NCBI GenBank assembly: GCA_041167925.1
Contig: JBEELY010000346.1
Coordinates: forward strand, 1-35,708
DNA length: 35,708 nucleotides
From: Pseudomonadota bacterium
GTDB lineage: Bacteria; Pseudomonadota; Gammaproteobacteria; Burkholderiales; Burkholderiaceae_E
Direction of reading: 5' to 3'
Part shown: piece by piece, positions 14,439-21,878 of the stretch
How positions within the stretch are numbered: the stretch's first letter is position 1
Layout: every line of letters starts with the position of its first letter
The notes under the pieces: model-generated
Databases searched by the model: none
Told to the model about the DNA's origin: nothing
The model's input: only the letters and a program-made list of their open reading frames with translations
Program-made: the position numbers and the translations under genes

Positions 14439-14659
14439 TGCACCCCCCAGTATCCGCTGGCCACCTGCTCGGCGGTTTCGACCCCGTCGATCAGGCTCGC
14501 CTTCATGTCATCCTGCACAATGCGGTTGCACAGCGTGCGGACGCGCTCGCTTCGCAGCCCCAGCGCCGCCGCCGTCTTCGCCGCGCCGTAGCGCGTACGC
14601 ATGGCCAGCACAGCCAGCAGCTCGTCGTCGTCCTGCCGCGTCTTGATCACTGCGCTCAC
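14435..14659 (-). CDS. small HTH-like protein (74 aa)
   Basis: AAKTAAALGLRSERVRTLCNRI looks like a helix-turn-helix. ATGA overlaps on both sides. Confidence 0.5.
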   Translation of the reverse strand: MSAVIKTRQDDDELLAVLAMRTRYGAAKTAAALGLRSERVRTLCNRIVQDDMKASLIDGVETAEQVASGYWGVQ

Positions 14660-15123
14660 TTCAGTGCCTCCGCGCCATACAGCGCAATCAGGGCCGCCTC
14701 GGCGCGGCCATCATCCTTCGCACGCGCGAACAGGCTGGCCACGGCAGGGAAACGCTCCATCGCCACCTTGCGCGCCGCGCCCTTGTCGGCGCTCAGGCCG
14801 AAGTGCGCCTTCCACTTGGCGGGCGTGACCCAGCGGAGCTGGTGCTCAGTGGCAGCCACAGCCATCTCCAACGCGCCGAGCTGCTGGCCGAAGCGAAACA
14901 TGCTGCTGACGCCCTGACCGGGCCGCGCGCCCACCTTCTCGATCCAGACGGTCGCGGGCTCGCCTGCCGTGTGCAGCAGCTCCAGCACCGCGTGGCAGTT
15001 CAGCTCCACCTTGCCCTTCTGGCCGGGCACGGTCGGCATGTCGTGGACGTAGAGCTTCCGCTCCACCGGGTAGAACTCGGCGATGGCTCCGCTGAAGCCA
15101 GGGTCGATCCCGAAGGAGATCAT
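14656..15123 (-). CDS. RuvC-like Holliday junction resolvase
   Basis: N-terminal ISFGIDPGFSGAIA carries the catalytic Asp motif, with later E and D residues (WIEKVGARPGQG and DDGRAEAALIALYG). Size (155 aa) is typical of phage RuvC. Confidence 0.8.
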   Translation of the reverse strand: MISFGIDPGFSGAIAEFYPVERKLYVHDMPTVPGQKGKVELNCHAVLELLHTAGEPATVWIEKVGARPGQGVSSMFRFGQQLGALEMAVAATEHQLRWVTPAKWKAHFGLSADKGAARKVAMERFPAVASLFARAKDDGRAEAALIALYGAEALK

Positions 15124-15311
15124 TGCAGCACCAGGTCGTTGGGCTGCACCAGCCCGCGCGTGGCTTGGTAGATCGCCCGCATCTGCTCCACGCTCGGCGT
15201 GCGCGTGCCGTTCAGCCAGCGGCGTACGGTGTTGTCGGCGACGCCGAGGTCTTCGGCAAACTGCGCCGCCCTCCTATCGGTCGCGTCGAGGTAATCTCTC
15301 AGCTTCATCAT
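15120..15311 (-). CDS. Cro/CI-type HTH regulator (Cro-like, 63 aa)
   Basis: AAQFAEDLGVADNTVRRWLNG is a classic HTH. It is the first gene of the leftward operon and faces the divergent control region. Confidence 0.75.
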   Translation of the reverse strand: MMKLRDYLDATDRRAAQFAEDLGVADNTVRRWLNGTRTPSVEQMRAIYQATRGLVQPNDLVLQ

Positions 15312-15358
15312 CTGCTCCAGTGTCCAGGGACAGCCAATGCCGTCCAGCGTGTGCCAGC

Positions 15359-15387
15359 ATGGTAGGAGTAGAGGCCTAAAAGAGCAA
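15359..15387 (-). promoter_or_regulatory. candidate leftward early promoter
   Basis: On the minus strand, TTGCTC (15387-15382), a 17-nt spacer and TACCAT (15364-15359). The -35 box abuts the palindrome ACCGCAGCGGT (15387-15397). Confidence 0.25.
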
Positions 15388-15637
15388 CCGCAGCGGTGTG
15401 GAAAAAATACCGCATCGGTTCATTTTTCTGTTGAACACCTCGCAGAGATATGGGAATGTCTTCTTACCGAAGCGGTTCGCCTCGGTAGCTCTTTCCCTCC
15501 CCTCTCGGAGGCGCGTAACGGCGGAAACGGACACCTCCACAACGGCGCGGACGCGCTGGCCCGATGGTCGCAATCCAATGCGTGAAGGGCGAGCCCGCAA
15601 GGGGGAACGAGGGACGGCAAGAGAGTTGAACAATTCG

Positions 15638-15657
15638 TGCAGCCCTGCGGGGCTGCA
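15638..15657 (+). promoter_or_regulatory. strong hairpin in the leader of the rightward operon
   Basis: TGCAGCCC-TGCG-GGGCTGCA (8-bp stem) lies 28 nt before the ATG at 15686. It is flanked by the inverted GTTGAAC (15625-15631) and GTTCAAC (15664-15670). Confidence 0.5.
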
Positions 15658-15685
15658 TCTGTGGTTCAACAGAGGAGACTGACAG

Positions 15686-15958
15686 ATGGCCACGAAGATC
15701 GACTTCTACTCGGTTCACGCGGACGAGATCGAAGCTGGCGTGTTCACCGTGAACGCCAAGGGCATCGACGGCACATGGTTCCAGCACGAAGGGCCAAAGC
15801 ACTTCGCCTTCTTCACCGAGGCGCAGGCAACCGCGCTCGTGTGGAAAGTACGCGCCGCTGGCGAGATCAACGAGGCGCGCTGGGTGTCTGGTGGCACGGG
15901 ATACGGCACCTTCCAGCATGAGATGGCCCAGATCGAAGCCGAGCGCTTCGACGCCTGA
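15686..15958 (+). CDS. hypothetical early protein (90 aa)
   Basis: GAGGAG 8 nt upstream of the ATG. No family recognised. Confidence 0.6.
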   Translation: MATKIDFYSVHADEIEAGVFTVNAKGIDGTWFQHEGPKHFAFFTEAQATALVWKVRAAGEINEARWVSGGTGYGTFQHEMAQIEAERFDA

Positions 15959-16018
15959 CGCATCGGTGTCTGGCCCCGCGTGGGCCAGCATCCCATGCGC
16001 CAACAGAGGAGACGCGCC

Positions 16019-16363
16019 ATGCCTGAGTATAGTGACTACATTCGCTGCCGCCGCGACGAGCGCGAGCTGGTCGCCAACAAGCAGGTTGCCTTCGGGTTTA
16101 ACGACGCCAAGGGCCGCGAGATCGGCTACAGCGTCCTGATCGACCGCGAGCTGTGGGTCGCCGACGGCGCATCATACAGCCTCTGGAAGCCGGGTTTCGT
16201 CGGTCGCCCGATCTGGGTCGTGATGCCAAGCGCCATGCGCGACGGAACGAGCTACGGCGCAACCCCGAATGCGAAAGTCTGCCTGACCGAAGAGGAGGCA
16301 CTGGAGAAGGCCGATGCGATGATCGCGGCCTACCGCAAGAAGATGGCGAAGCAGTTCGCATGA
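16019..16363 (+). CDS. hypothetical early protein (114 aa)
   Basis: ORF 15980..16363 trimmed to the ATG at 16019 (MPEYSDY...), with AGAGGAG 7 nt upstream. Confidence 0.6.
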   Translation: MPEYSDYIRCRRDERELVANKQVAFGFNDAKGREIGYSVLIDRELWVADGASYSLWKPGFVGRPIWVVMPSAMRDGTSYGATPNAKVCLTEEEALEKADAMIAAYRKKMAKQFA

Positions 16364-16503
16364 CCCTCGAGCAGCACTTCAACGAGCTGGGCGTCATCGC
16401 GCGCCCAGCCGCCCCGACACCAAAACCGCCAACAGATCGGCCCGACGGCCCCGCCAACGCATGGCGCGGCGTCTGGTACGCCGACGGCAACATCCCGCAC
16501 TGA
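16360..16503 (+). CDS. small hypothetical protein (47 aa)
   Basis: The ATG at 16360 overlaps the preceding stop as ATGA. Pro-rich and poorly supported. Confidence 0.3.
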   Translation: MTLEQHFNELGVIARPAAPTPKPPTDRPDGPANAWRGVWYADGNIPH

Positions 16504-16516
16504 GGAGGAGACAGCG

Positions 16517-17152
16517 ATGACCAACTACCGCACGCCCACCGCTGAAACGTACGACGCACTCGACCGCGCCTTCAATCACTTCAATGGCGAGCTGTTCCAG
16601 CACCGCCTGCCCGCCTGCCTGATCACGCTGCAGCGCAAGCGCGGCGCGCGCGGCTACTTCTGGGCCGAGCAGTTCCAGCACCGCGAGGATGGCGACCGCA
16701 CGCACGAGATCGCCATGAACCCCGAGAGCATGGGCCGCACGGTCCCCGAGGTGTTGTCCACGCTGGTGCATGAGATGACGCACCTCGAGCAGCAGGAGTT
16801 CGGCCAGCCCGGCAAGGGCGGCTTCCATAACCGCGAGTGGGTCGGCCTCATGGAGCGGATCGGCCTGATCCCCACCGCCACGGGCGAGCTGGGCGGGCCG
16901 CAGACGGGCCGCAAGGTCACGCACGTCATCGAGGAGGGCGGCCTGTTCGAGCAGAGCTGTCGGCGGCTGCTGGACAGCAGCTACGCCCTGCCGTGGTTCA
17001 CGGAGAAGGCAGAGAGCGCGGCCAGCGCCAAGAAGAAAGACCTGTCGAAGGTCAAGTTCCAGTGTCCGTGCTGCGACGCGAAGGCGTGGGCCAAGCTCGG
17101 GTCGAACTTGATGTGCGGCGAGTGCAGCGAACACATGGTCGGAGAGGAGTGA
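16517..17152 (+). CDS. SprT-like zinc metalloprotease domain protein with C-terminal zinc ribbon
   Basis: HEMTH is an HExxH motif in an SprT-type context (TLVHEMTHLEQ). The C-terminal CPCC...CGEC is a zinc ribbon. GAGGAGGAG upstream. Confidence 0.85.
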   Translation: MTNYRTPTAETYDALDRAFNHFNGELFQHRLPACLITLQRKRGARGYFWAEQFQHREDGDRTHEIAMNPESMGRTVPEVLSTLVHEMTHLEQQEFGQPGKGGFHNREWVGLMERIGLIPTATGELGGPQTGRKVTHVIEEGGLFEQSCRRLLDSSYALPWFTEKAESAASAKKKDLSKVKFQCPCCDAKAWAKLGSNLMCGECSEHMVGEE

Positions 17153-17155
17153 GAC

Positions 17156-17326
17156 ATGGCCAGCACACAGAAGATCGAGGTCATCCGCGACACCCGCGAA
17201 GAGGTCGAAGCTTGGTGGGCCGACTACAAGGTCCGCGCGTGGGGCTACGACCCCAGCGGGCGCATCGTGCAGCGCGACGACGGCAAGTGGGCCTTCGTGG
17301 GCTCCCAGTACACAAGCTGCGACTGA
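17156..17326 (+). CDS. small hypothetical protein (56 aa)
   Basis: Not in the track because it is under 60 aa. ATG at 17156 with GGAGAGGAG upstream. Sequence MASTQKIEVIRDTREEVEAWW...SCD, genome-typical codons. Confidence 0.45.
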   Translation: MASTQKIEVIRDTREEVEAWWADYKVRAWGYDPSGRIVQRDDGKWAFVGSQYTSCD

Positions 17327-17333
17327 GGGCGAA

Positions 17334-17651
17334 ATGCGTGAGATTGACCTTCAAGGCGCGCAGCAACTGTGGCGGCGCGTCGTCCTTCAGGCGGTGCGCG
17401 ATGCGCTCGTCCTGACCCTGCCCGCCAAAGACCCCGCCGTGAAGCGCGACCGCCGAGAGGCGCGGGCGTGGATTGAGCGCGGCGGCAAGGACTTCCAAGA
17501 GGTTTGCACCCTGGCGGGCTTTGAGCCCGACGTGGTGCGCGATTGGTGGCTGTCGATCCGCGACACGCCACAGAAGATTGAAGCCGCAGCGCGCCGCATG
17601 CGCGATGCCAACTACGGACCCAGCGCATTCGGGGAGATTGCCCATGACTGA
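17334..17651 (+). CDS. hypothetical early protein (105 aa)
   Basis: GAGGG upstream. No family recognised. Confidence 0.6.
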   Translation: MREIDLQGAQQLWRRVVLQAVRDALVLTLPAKDPAVKRDRREARAWIERGGKDFQEVCTLAGFEPDVVRDWWLSIRDTPQKIEAAARRMRDANYGPSAFGEIAHD

Positions 17652-17898
17652 AGAGGAACCGACGAAGCTCGACGAGGAGATCGGTGGCGCGTTGCGCGAC
17701 TGGCATGACTTCGAGAGCACGCCGCGCAAGATCATCGCGCGGCGCATCGCCACGCAGCGCATGCACCAGAACGAGGCGGCGGCCATGCGCGCCGCCAAGG
17801 CCCTGCTCGACGAGGGCGTCATCTCCATTCTGACCAGGATGACGTACAGCGCCCTCGGTCGGCCCACCATCACCTACATCGCGGAGCGCGTGAAATGA
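17644..17898 (+). CDS. hypothetical protein (84 aa), possible winged-helix
   Basis: ORF 17473..17898 trimmed to the ATG at 17644 (MTEEEPTK...). 8-nt overlap with the upstream gene. Confidence 0.5.
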   Translation: MTEEEPTKLDEEIGGALRDWHDFESTPRKIIARRIATQRMHQNEAAAMRAAKALLDEGVISILTRMTYSALGRPTITYIAERVK

Positions 17899-17981
17899 CT
17901 GACCTGATCGAGCGGATCGCCGAAGTGGCATTCGTGGTCTTCCTGTTCGCCATACTACCCACCATCGTCCTGAGCTTGTGA
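17895..17981 (+). CDS. tiny hydrophobic peptide (28 aa, MTDLIERIAEVAFVVFLFAILPTIVLSL)
   Basis: ATGA overlap with the upstream stop and a single predicted TM segment. Too short to be sure. Confidence 0.25.
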   Translation: MTDLIERIAEVAFVVFLFAILPTIVLSL

Positions 17982-17991
17982 GGAGAAAACC

Positions 17992-18336
17992 ATGCTCAAC
18001 ACCATCACGTCCCTGTTCAAGCCCCGCGCCGTGGCCGCGCCGCCCGCCCCGCAGATCAACGACACGCCCGACCTCCACCTCGCGGGGCGCGGCAAGAGCC
18101 ACGGCAAGATCGCCCAGATGGCCGTCGAAGTCGTCAAGGCGGGCGGCGTCTGGTCGGCCAAGGAGCTGGTCGAATACCTCCTCGGCGCGAACGACAAGAA
18201 GGCCGCCGACTACGTCAGCATCTACTTGCAGGTCGCCTGGAAGCGCGGCGAAGTGGCGCGCGGCGAGGTGCACCAGCGCCCCGGCCAGGGCCGCCCGTCG
18301 GTCGTCCGCTACGCCGCCGACTGGAGGGTGCTGTGA
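17992..18336 (+). CDS. hypothetical protein (114 aa), possible winged-helix
   Basis: GGAGAAAACC precedes the ATG. No family recognised. Confidence 0.6.
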   Translation: MLNTITSLFKPRAVAAPPAPQINDTPDLHLAGRGKSHGKIAQMAVEVVKAGGVWSAKELVEYLLGANDKKAADYVSIYLQVAWKRGEVARGEVHQRPGQGRPSVVRYAADWRVL

Positions 18337-18434
18337 CCCTGAGCCACTACGAGCTTGAGAGGCTGCTGGCGCGCGTCGCCAGCGGCACCACGACGGAAAG
18401 AGATGCCCGCGTGCTGCGGCAGGTTCTTCGTGCT

Positions 18435-18471
18435 TCGGTTGCAACCGATGCGGTTGCTTCTGATAAACCGC
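18435..18471. repeat. perfect 14-bp palindrome TCGGTTGCAACCGA plus an adjacent GCGGTT/AACCGC hairpin
   Basis: Palindrome at 18435-18448. GCGGTT (18450-18455) pairs with AACCGC (18466-18471). GGTTGC/GCAACC words recur four times within 40 nt. Confidence 0.65.
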
Positions 18472-18507
18472 AACGGTAGTATCGCTCGGCAGTCTGGAGG
18501 GACACAC

Positions 18508-19305
18508 ATGAGCTTCAAGATCATCAGCGCCGAGGAGCGGATGTCGCAGCCTCGGCGCATCAAGGCGGCCATCTTCGGCCCGTCGGGGGTGGGCAAGACC
18601 AGCCTGCTCCGCAGCCTGACCATCCCCGCGCTGTTCGTCGATCTGGAGGGGGGCGACCTCTCCATCGCCGACTGCCCGGTGGACAGCATCAAGCTCCGCC
18701 GCTGGGAAGAGGCCCGCGACCTGGCCTGCCTGATCGGCGGCCCCAACCTCGCGGCGCAGCCGACCGAGCCGTACAGCCTCGCGCACTTCCAGCACGTGGA
18801 GAGCCAGCTCGGCAAGCGCGAGGACGTGCTCGGCAAGTACGAGCTGCTCTTCCTCGACAGCATCACGGTCCTGTCGCGCATGTGCATGGTGTGGGCCGAG
18901 GTGCAGCCGGAGAACATCGCCAAGAACGGCGCGAAGGACACGAGAGGCGCGTACGGCCTCATGGGGCGCGAGATGCTGAAGCTCCTGACCCACGTGCAGC
19001 ACACCGCCGACAAGCACGTCATCTTCGTCGGCATCCTCGACGCCAAGACCGACGACTTCAACCGCCCTGTCTGGGAGCCGCAGATGGAGGGCTCGAAGGT
19101 GGGCCGCGAGCTGCCAGGGATCGTCGATGAAGTCCTGTCGATGGTGACTATGGATGACCCCGAGCAGCCGGGCGTGAAGCACCGCGTCTTCGTCACGCAG
19201 CAGGCCAACCAGTGGGGCTACCCCGCCAAGGATCGCAGCGGGCGTCTGGACCCCATCGAGCGGGCCGACCTGCAGCACATCATCACGAAAATCCAAGCTC
19301 AGTAA
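18508..19305 (+). CDS. AAA_24 / Sak4-like RecA-family ATPase (single-strand annealing/recombination)
   Basis: ORF trimmed to the ATG at 18508, with GGAGGG upstream. Walker A (IFGPSGVGKTS) is followed by FVDLEGG. Size (265 aa) and the DUF669-like neighbour fit this family. Confidence 0.8.
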   Translation: MSFKIISAEERMSQPRRIKAAIFGPSGVGKTSLLRSLTIPALFVDLEGGDLSIADCPVDSIKLRRWEEARDLACLIGGPNLAAQPTEPYSLAHFQHVESQLGKREDVLGKYELLFLDSITVLSRMCMVWAEVQPENIAKNGAKDTRGAYGLMGREMLKLLTHVQHTADKHVIFVGILDAKTDDFNRPVWEPQMEGSKVGRELPGIVDEVLSMVTMDDPEQPGVKHRVFVTQQANQWGYPAKDRSGRLDPIERADLQHIITKIQAQ

Positions 19306-19316
19306 CGGAGGGTTCC

Positions 19317-19889
19317 ATGAGCACATTCGACCTGAACGCCGCAGAGACTGGTGGCGGCGGCGGCGACCTGATCCCTGATGGCACCGTGGCGCGGGCGGTC
19401 CTGACCGTTCGCCCTGGCGGCGCAGGTGACGGCGGCTGGCTGAAAACCAGCTCAACGGGCGGCCTCATGCTCGACACCGAGTGGACCATCGCCGACGGCA
19501 AGTTCGCCAAGCGGAAGGTGTGGTCCTACATGTCGCTGTCCGAGAAGGCCGCGCCGATCACCATGCGCTCGCTGCGGGCCGCCATCGAGGGCCATCACGG
19601 CATCCGCCCCGATGACATGTCCGAGGCCGCGCAGGCCAAGCGCCGCGTGTCCATCGACCAGCTCAACGGCGTCGAGGCCTGCATCCTGATCGGCATCGAG
19701 CCTGCCGCGAACGGGTACGAGGCCAAGAACAAGATCAAGGCCGTGATCGCGCCCGGCGAGAGCAAGTACATCGGGCGCGGCGCGTCGCCGATGCTGGCTG
19801 GCCCGACGGGTGCGGGCAACGTGGCGGCCTTCCAAGCGCCGCCGCCTGCCGCTGCTCCCGCCGCCAACAAGCCTGCGTGGGCGGTGTGA
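19317..19889 (+). CDS. DUF669-like protein (SSB-like partner of Sak4)
   Basis: ORF trimmed to the ATG at 19317 (MSTFDLNAAE...). LIPDGTVARAVLTV....GWLKTS..GGLMLDTEWTIADGKFAKRKVW fits my recollection of the DUF669 pattern, as does the synteny. Confidence 0.6.
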   Translation: MSTFDLNAAETGGGGGDLIPDGTVARAVLTVRPGGAGDGGWLKTSSTGGLMLDTEWTIADGKFAKRKVWSYMSLSEKAAPITMRSLRAAIEGHHGIRPDDMSEAAQAKRRVSIDQLNGVEACILIGIEPAANGYEAKNKIKAVIAPGESKYIGRGASPMLAGPTGAGNVAAFQAPPPAAAPAANKPAWAV

Positions 19890-20359
19890 AACCGCGCGTG
19901 ACTGTCCGCAAGAAGGGGGAGGCTGCCAAGCCTCCCTCGCCTGCGGACGAGGCGCAGCTCGCTGCGCTGAAGGCTGCCGCAGACACGCTGGTGCGGCTCT
20001 GCCCTGCCGCGAAGCTCAACGCCACGCAGATCGCCGAGTGGGTCATCACGGCCCACATCCTGAAGCTCTGCGAGGTGCAGCACACGGAGCCGTCGATCCT
20101 GAAGGCTCTGACATCCGAAAGGCCCTGGGACTTAATGCGACTGATCGACAAGACGAGGGAGGAGGAGGCCGCGATCCTGAGCGCGCTTCCGGCAGTCGGC
20201 GACATCGTCGCCGAGATGGACCCCAGCGGGACCAAGCCACTGTTTGCCTACAGCAAGGACGAGATCGTCCGCATGTTCGAGGCGGTCATCTGGTGCTGGG
20301 AAGAGAGCAAGAGCGCGCGCTCCAAGATCGGGGCGCTCGATGACACGATCCCATTTTGA
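19877..20359 (+). CDS. hypothetical protein (about 155-160 aa), start uncertain
   Basis: Only GTG starts are available (19877, 19886, 19898). It overlaps the end of the previous gene. No family recognised. Confidence 0.5.
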   Translation: MGGVKPRVTVRKKGEAAKPPSPADEAQLAALKAAADTLVRLCPAAKLNATQIAEWVITAHILKLCEVQHTEPSILKALTSERPWDLMRLIDKTREEEAAILSALPAVGDIVAEMDPSGTKPLFAYSKDEIVRMFEAVIWCWEESKSARSKIGALDDTIPF

Positions 20360-20369
20360 GGAGGGTGGC

Positions 20370-20660
20370 ATGAAGGCCATCGCACTGATCGCGGCGCTCT
20401 GCGCCGCACCCGCCGCCGCGCAGGACGCACTGTGCCTACAGCGCGGCGAGATGATGACGACCCTCGAGGGGAGCTTCGGCCAGGTGTCGATCGGCTACGG
20501 CCACGAGCGGCGCGACGCCGTCGTGGAGGTCTACGTCTCGGCGCGTGGCACGTGGACGGTCCTCGTGACCGGGCCGGAGGGCATCTCCTGCATCGCGGCG
20601 ACGGGCACCGATTGGGTGTTCGTCGAGCAGCCCTGGCCGGGCATGGGCGAGGAGGGCTGA
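20370..20660 (+). CDS. secreted small protein (96 aa) with signal peptide
   Basis: ORF trimmed to the ATG at 20370, with GAGGAGGG upstream. The N-terminus MKAIALIAALCAAPAAAQD is a typical Sec signal. Confidence 0.65.
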   Translation: MKAIALIAALCAAPAAAQDALCLQRGEMMTTLEGSFGQVSIGYGHERRDAVVEVYVSARGTWTVLVTGPEGISCIAATGTDWVFVEQPWPGMGEEG

Positions 20661-20662
20661 GC

Positions 20663-21085
20663 ATGGAGCAGGCAACTCAGGTGACCATCGCCGAGGCGGT
20701 GAAGCAGGTGGGCGCGGCGCTGGCCGAAGCGGCCAAGGAGTATGGCCCCGACGCGGTGGACCTCGCCCTGATGGCGTACCGCGTCGATGCGGCGCAGCAG
20801 CTCGTACTCGGCACGCTGATGGCGGCGCTGGTTCTCGCCGTCGTCAAGGCGTACCTGCTCTTCTGGGCGTGGTCGGGCAAGCAGATCGAGGTCGTGGGCC
20901 CTGTCAACGATGAGGGCTACTTCGTCGGGCGTCTCGCCTTCGGCCTCGCTGGCGCTGGTGCGGTGGTGCTGCTGTCGGCCAGCGCGATCTACCGCCTCCT
21001 GGATCTCTCCGCGTGGGCGGCCAGCTTCGGCTACCCGGAGCTGCGGATCGCCATGAAGGCGCTGCAAGCGGCGGGGTTGATGTGA
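20663..21085 (+). CDS. integral membrane protein (140 aa)
   Basis: ORF trimmed to the ATG at 20663. Two clear hydrophobic segments (LVLGTLMAALVLAVVKAYLLFWAW and LAFGLAGAGAVVLLSASAIY). Confidence 0.6.
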   Translation: MEQATQVTIAEAVKQVGAALAEAAKEYGPDAVDLALMAYRVDAAQQLVLGTLMAALVLAVVKAYLLFWAWSGKQIEVVGPVNDEGYFVGRLAFGLAGAGAVVLLSASAIYRLLDLSAWAASFGYPELRIAMKALQAAGLM

Positions 21086-21846
21086 TGGACCTCGACCTCA
21101 ACAGCCAGACGCTGACGCGCCAGTTGGCGAGCCAGCCGATCGTCGAGGCCCTCGACCGCGCGATCCTCGCAAAGCAGGCGGCGCAGACGCCGCGCCAGTA
21201 CCTCGGCGGCTCCTACGTCGGCGACGATTGTGAGCGCAAGATCCAGTACCAGTACACGCTCACGCCCGTGGATGAGGGCAAAGGCTTCCCTGCCGACGTG
21301 CTCCGCATCTTCGAGCGCGGCCATCGCACCGAAGACATGGTGGCAGGCTGGCTGCGTGATGCGGGCTTCGTGCTGAAGACCGAGACGCAGGAGGGCCGCC
21401 AGTTCGGCTTCAGCTCCGCGCAGGGCCGCTTCAAGGGCCACGCCGACGGCGTCATTGTCGGCTGGTCTGGGGAGGGCGCGCCCCCGAGCGCCTTCCCCGC
21501 CCTGTGGGAGAACAAGGCCCTCAACACGAAGACGTGGGAGAAGGTCCGCGCCCACGGCGTGAAGAAGGTGAAGCCCGTCTACCACGCCCAGGTCGTGCTC
21601 TATCAGTACCACTTGCAGCTCACGGACCATCCGGCGGTCTTCACCTTCATCAACGCCGACACGATGCAGGTGGGCGTGGAGCTGATCGACTTCGACCCGC
21701 TGGAGTGCCAGCGCCTGATCGACCGCGCGGTGCGCGTCATCTCGGCGACTGATGCACACGAGCAGCTCCCGCGCATCGCGGGCGAGCCTGACCACTTCGC
21801 CTGCCGCTTCTGTTCCTATGCCACACGCTGCTGGAGTGCGCCCTGA
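21085..21846 (+). CDS. Cas4-like PD-(D/E)xK nuclease with Fe-S cysteines
   Basis: ORF trimmed to the ATG at 21085. It has an N-terminal Cys (GDDCERK), a D...ExK core (GHADGVI...WENK), and a C-terminal CRFCSYATRC (Cx2Cx5C). Confidence 0.8.
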   Translation: MDLDLNSQTLTRQLASQPIVEALDRAILAKQAAQTPRQYLGGSYVGDDCERKIQYQYTLTPVDEGKGFPADVLRIFERGHRTEDMVAGWLRDAGFVLKTETQEGRQFGFSSAQGRFKGHADGVIVGWSGEGAPPSAFPALWENKALNTKTWEKVRAHGVKKVKPVYHAQVVLYQYHLQLTDHPAVFTFINADTMQVGVELIDFDPLECQRLIDRAVRVISATDAHEQLPRIAGEPDHFACRFCSYATRCWSAP

Positions 21847-21878
21847 CGGGCGCACTTCCTCCACTTCGGGAGGCCACC

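Noticed and set aside
18333-18479. 48-aa GTG-started ORF overlapping the previous stop (GTGA)
   Set aside because: The second half uses mostly A/T-ending codons, unlike neighbouring genes, and it coincides with a perfect palindrome and repeats. It is more likely regulatory DNA, but it remains possible as a short gene.
17245-19455. 736-aa minus-strand ORF across the early region
   Set aside because: It is antisense to nine coupled plus-strand genes, including the Walker-A ATPase. The product is Arg/Ala/Gly-rich with no motifs.
21858-21873. Hairpin CCTCC-ACTTCG-GGAGG sequestering the Shine-Dalgarno of the TTG-started primase gene
   Set aside because: The stem is only 5 bp and cannot be extended. 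That is too weak to claim regulation, although the TTG start itself suggests low translation.
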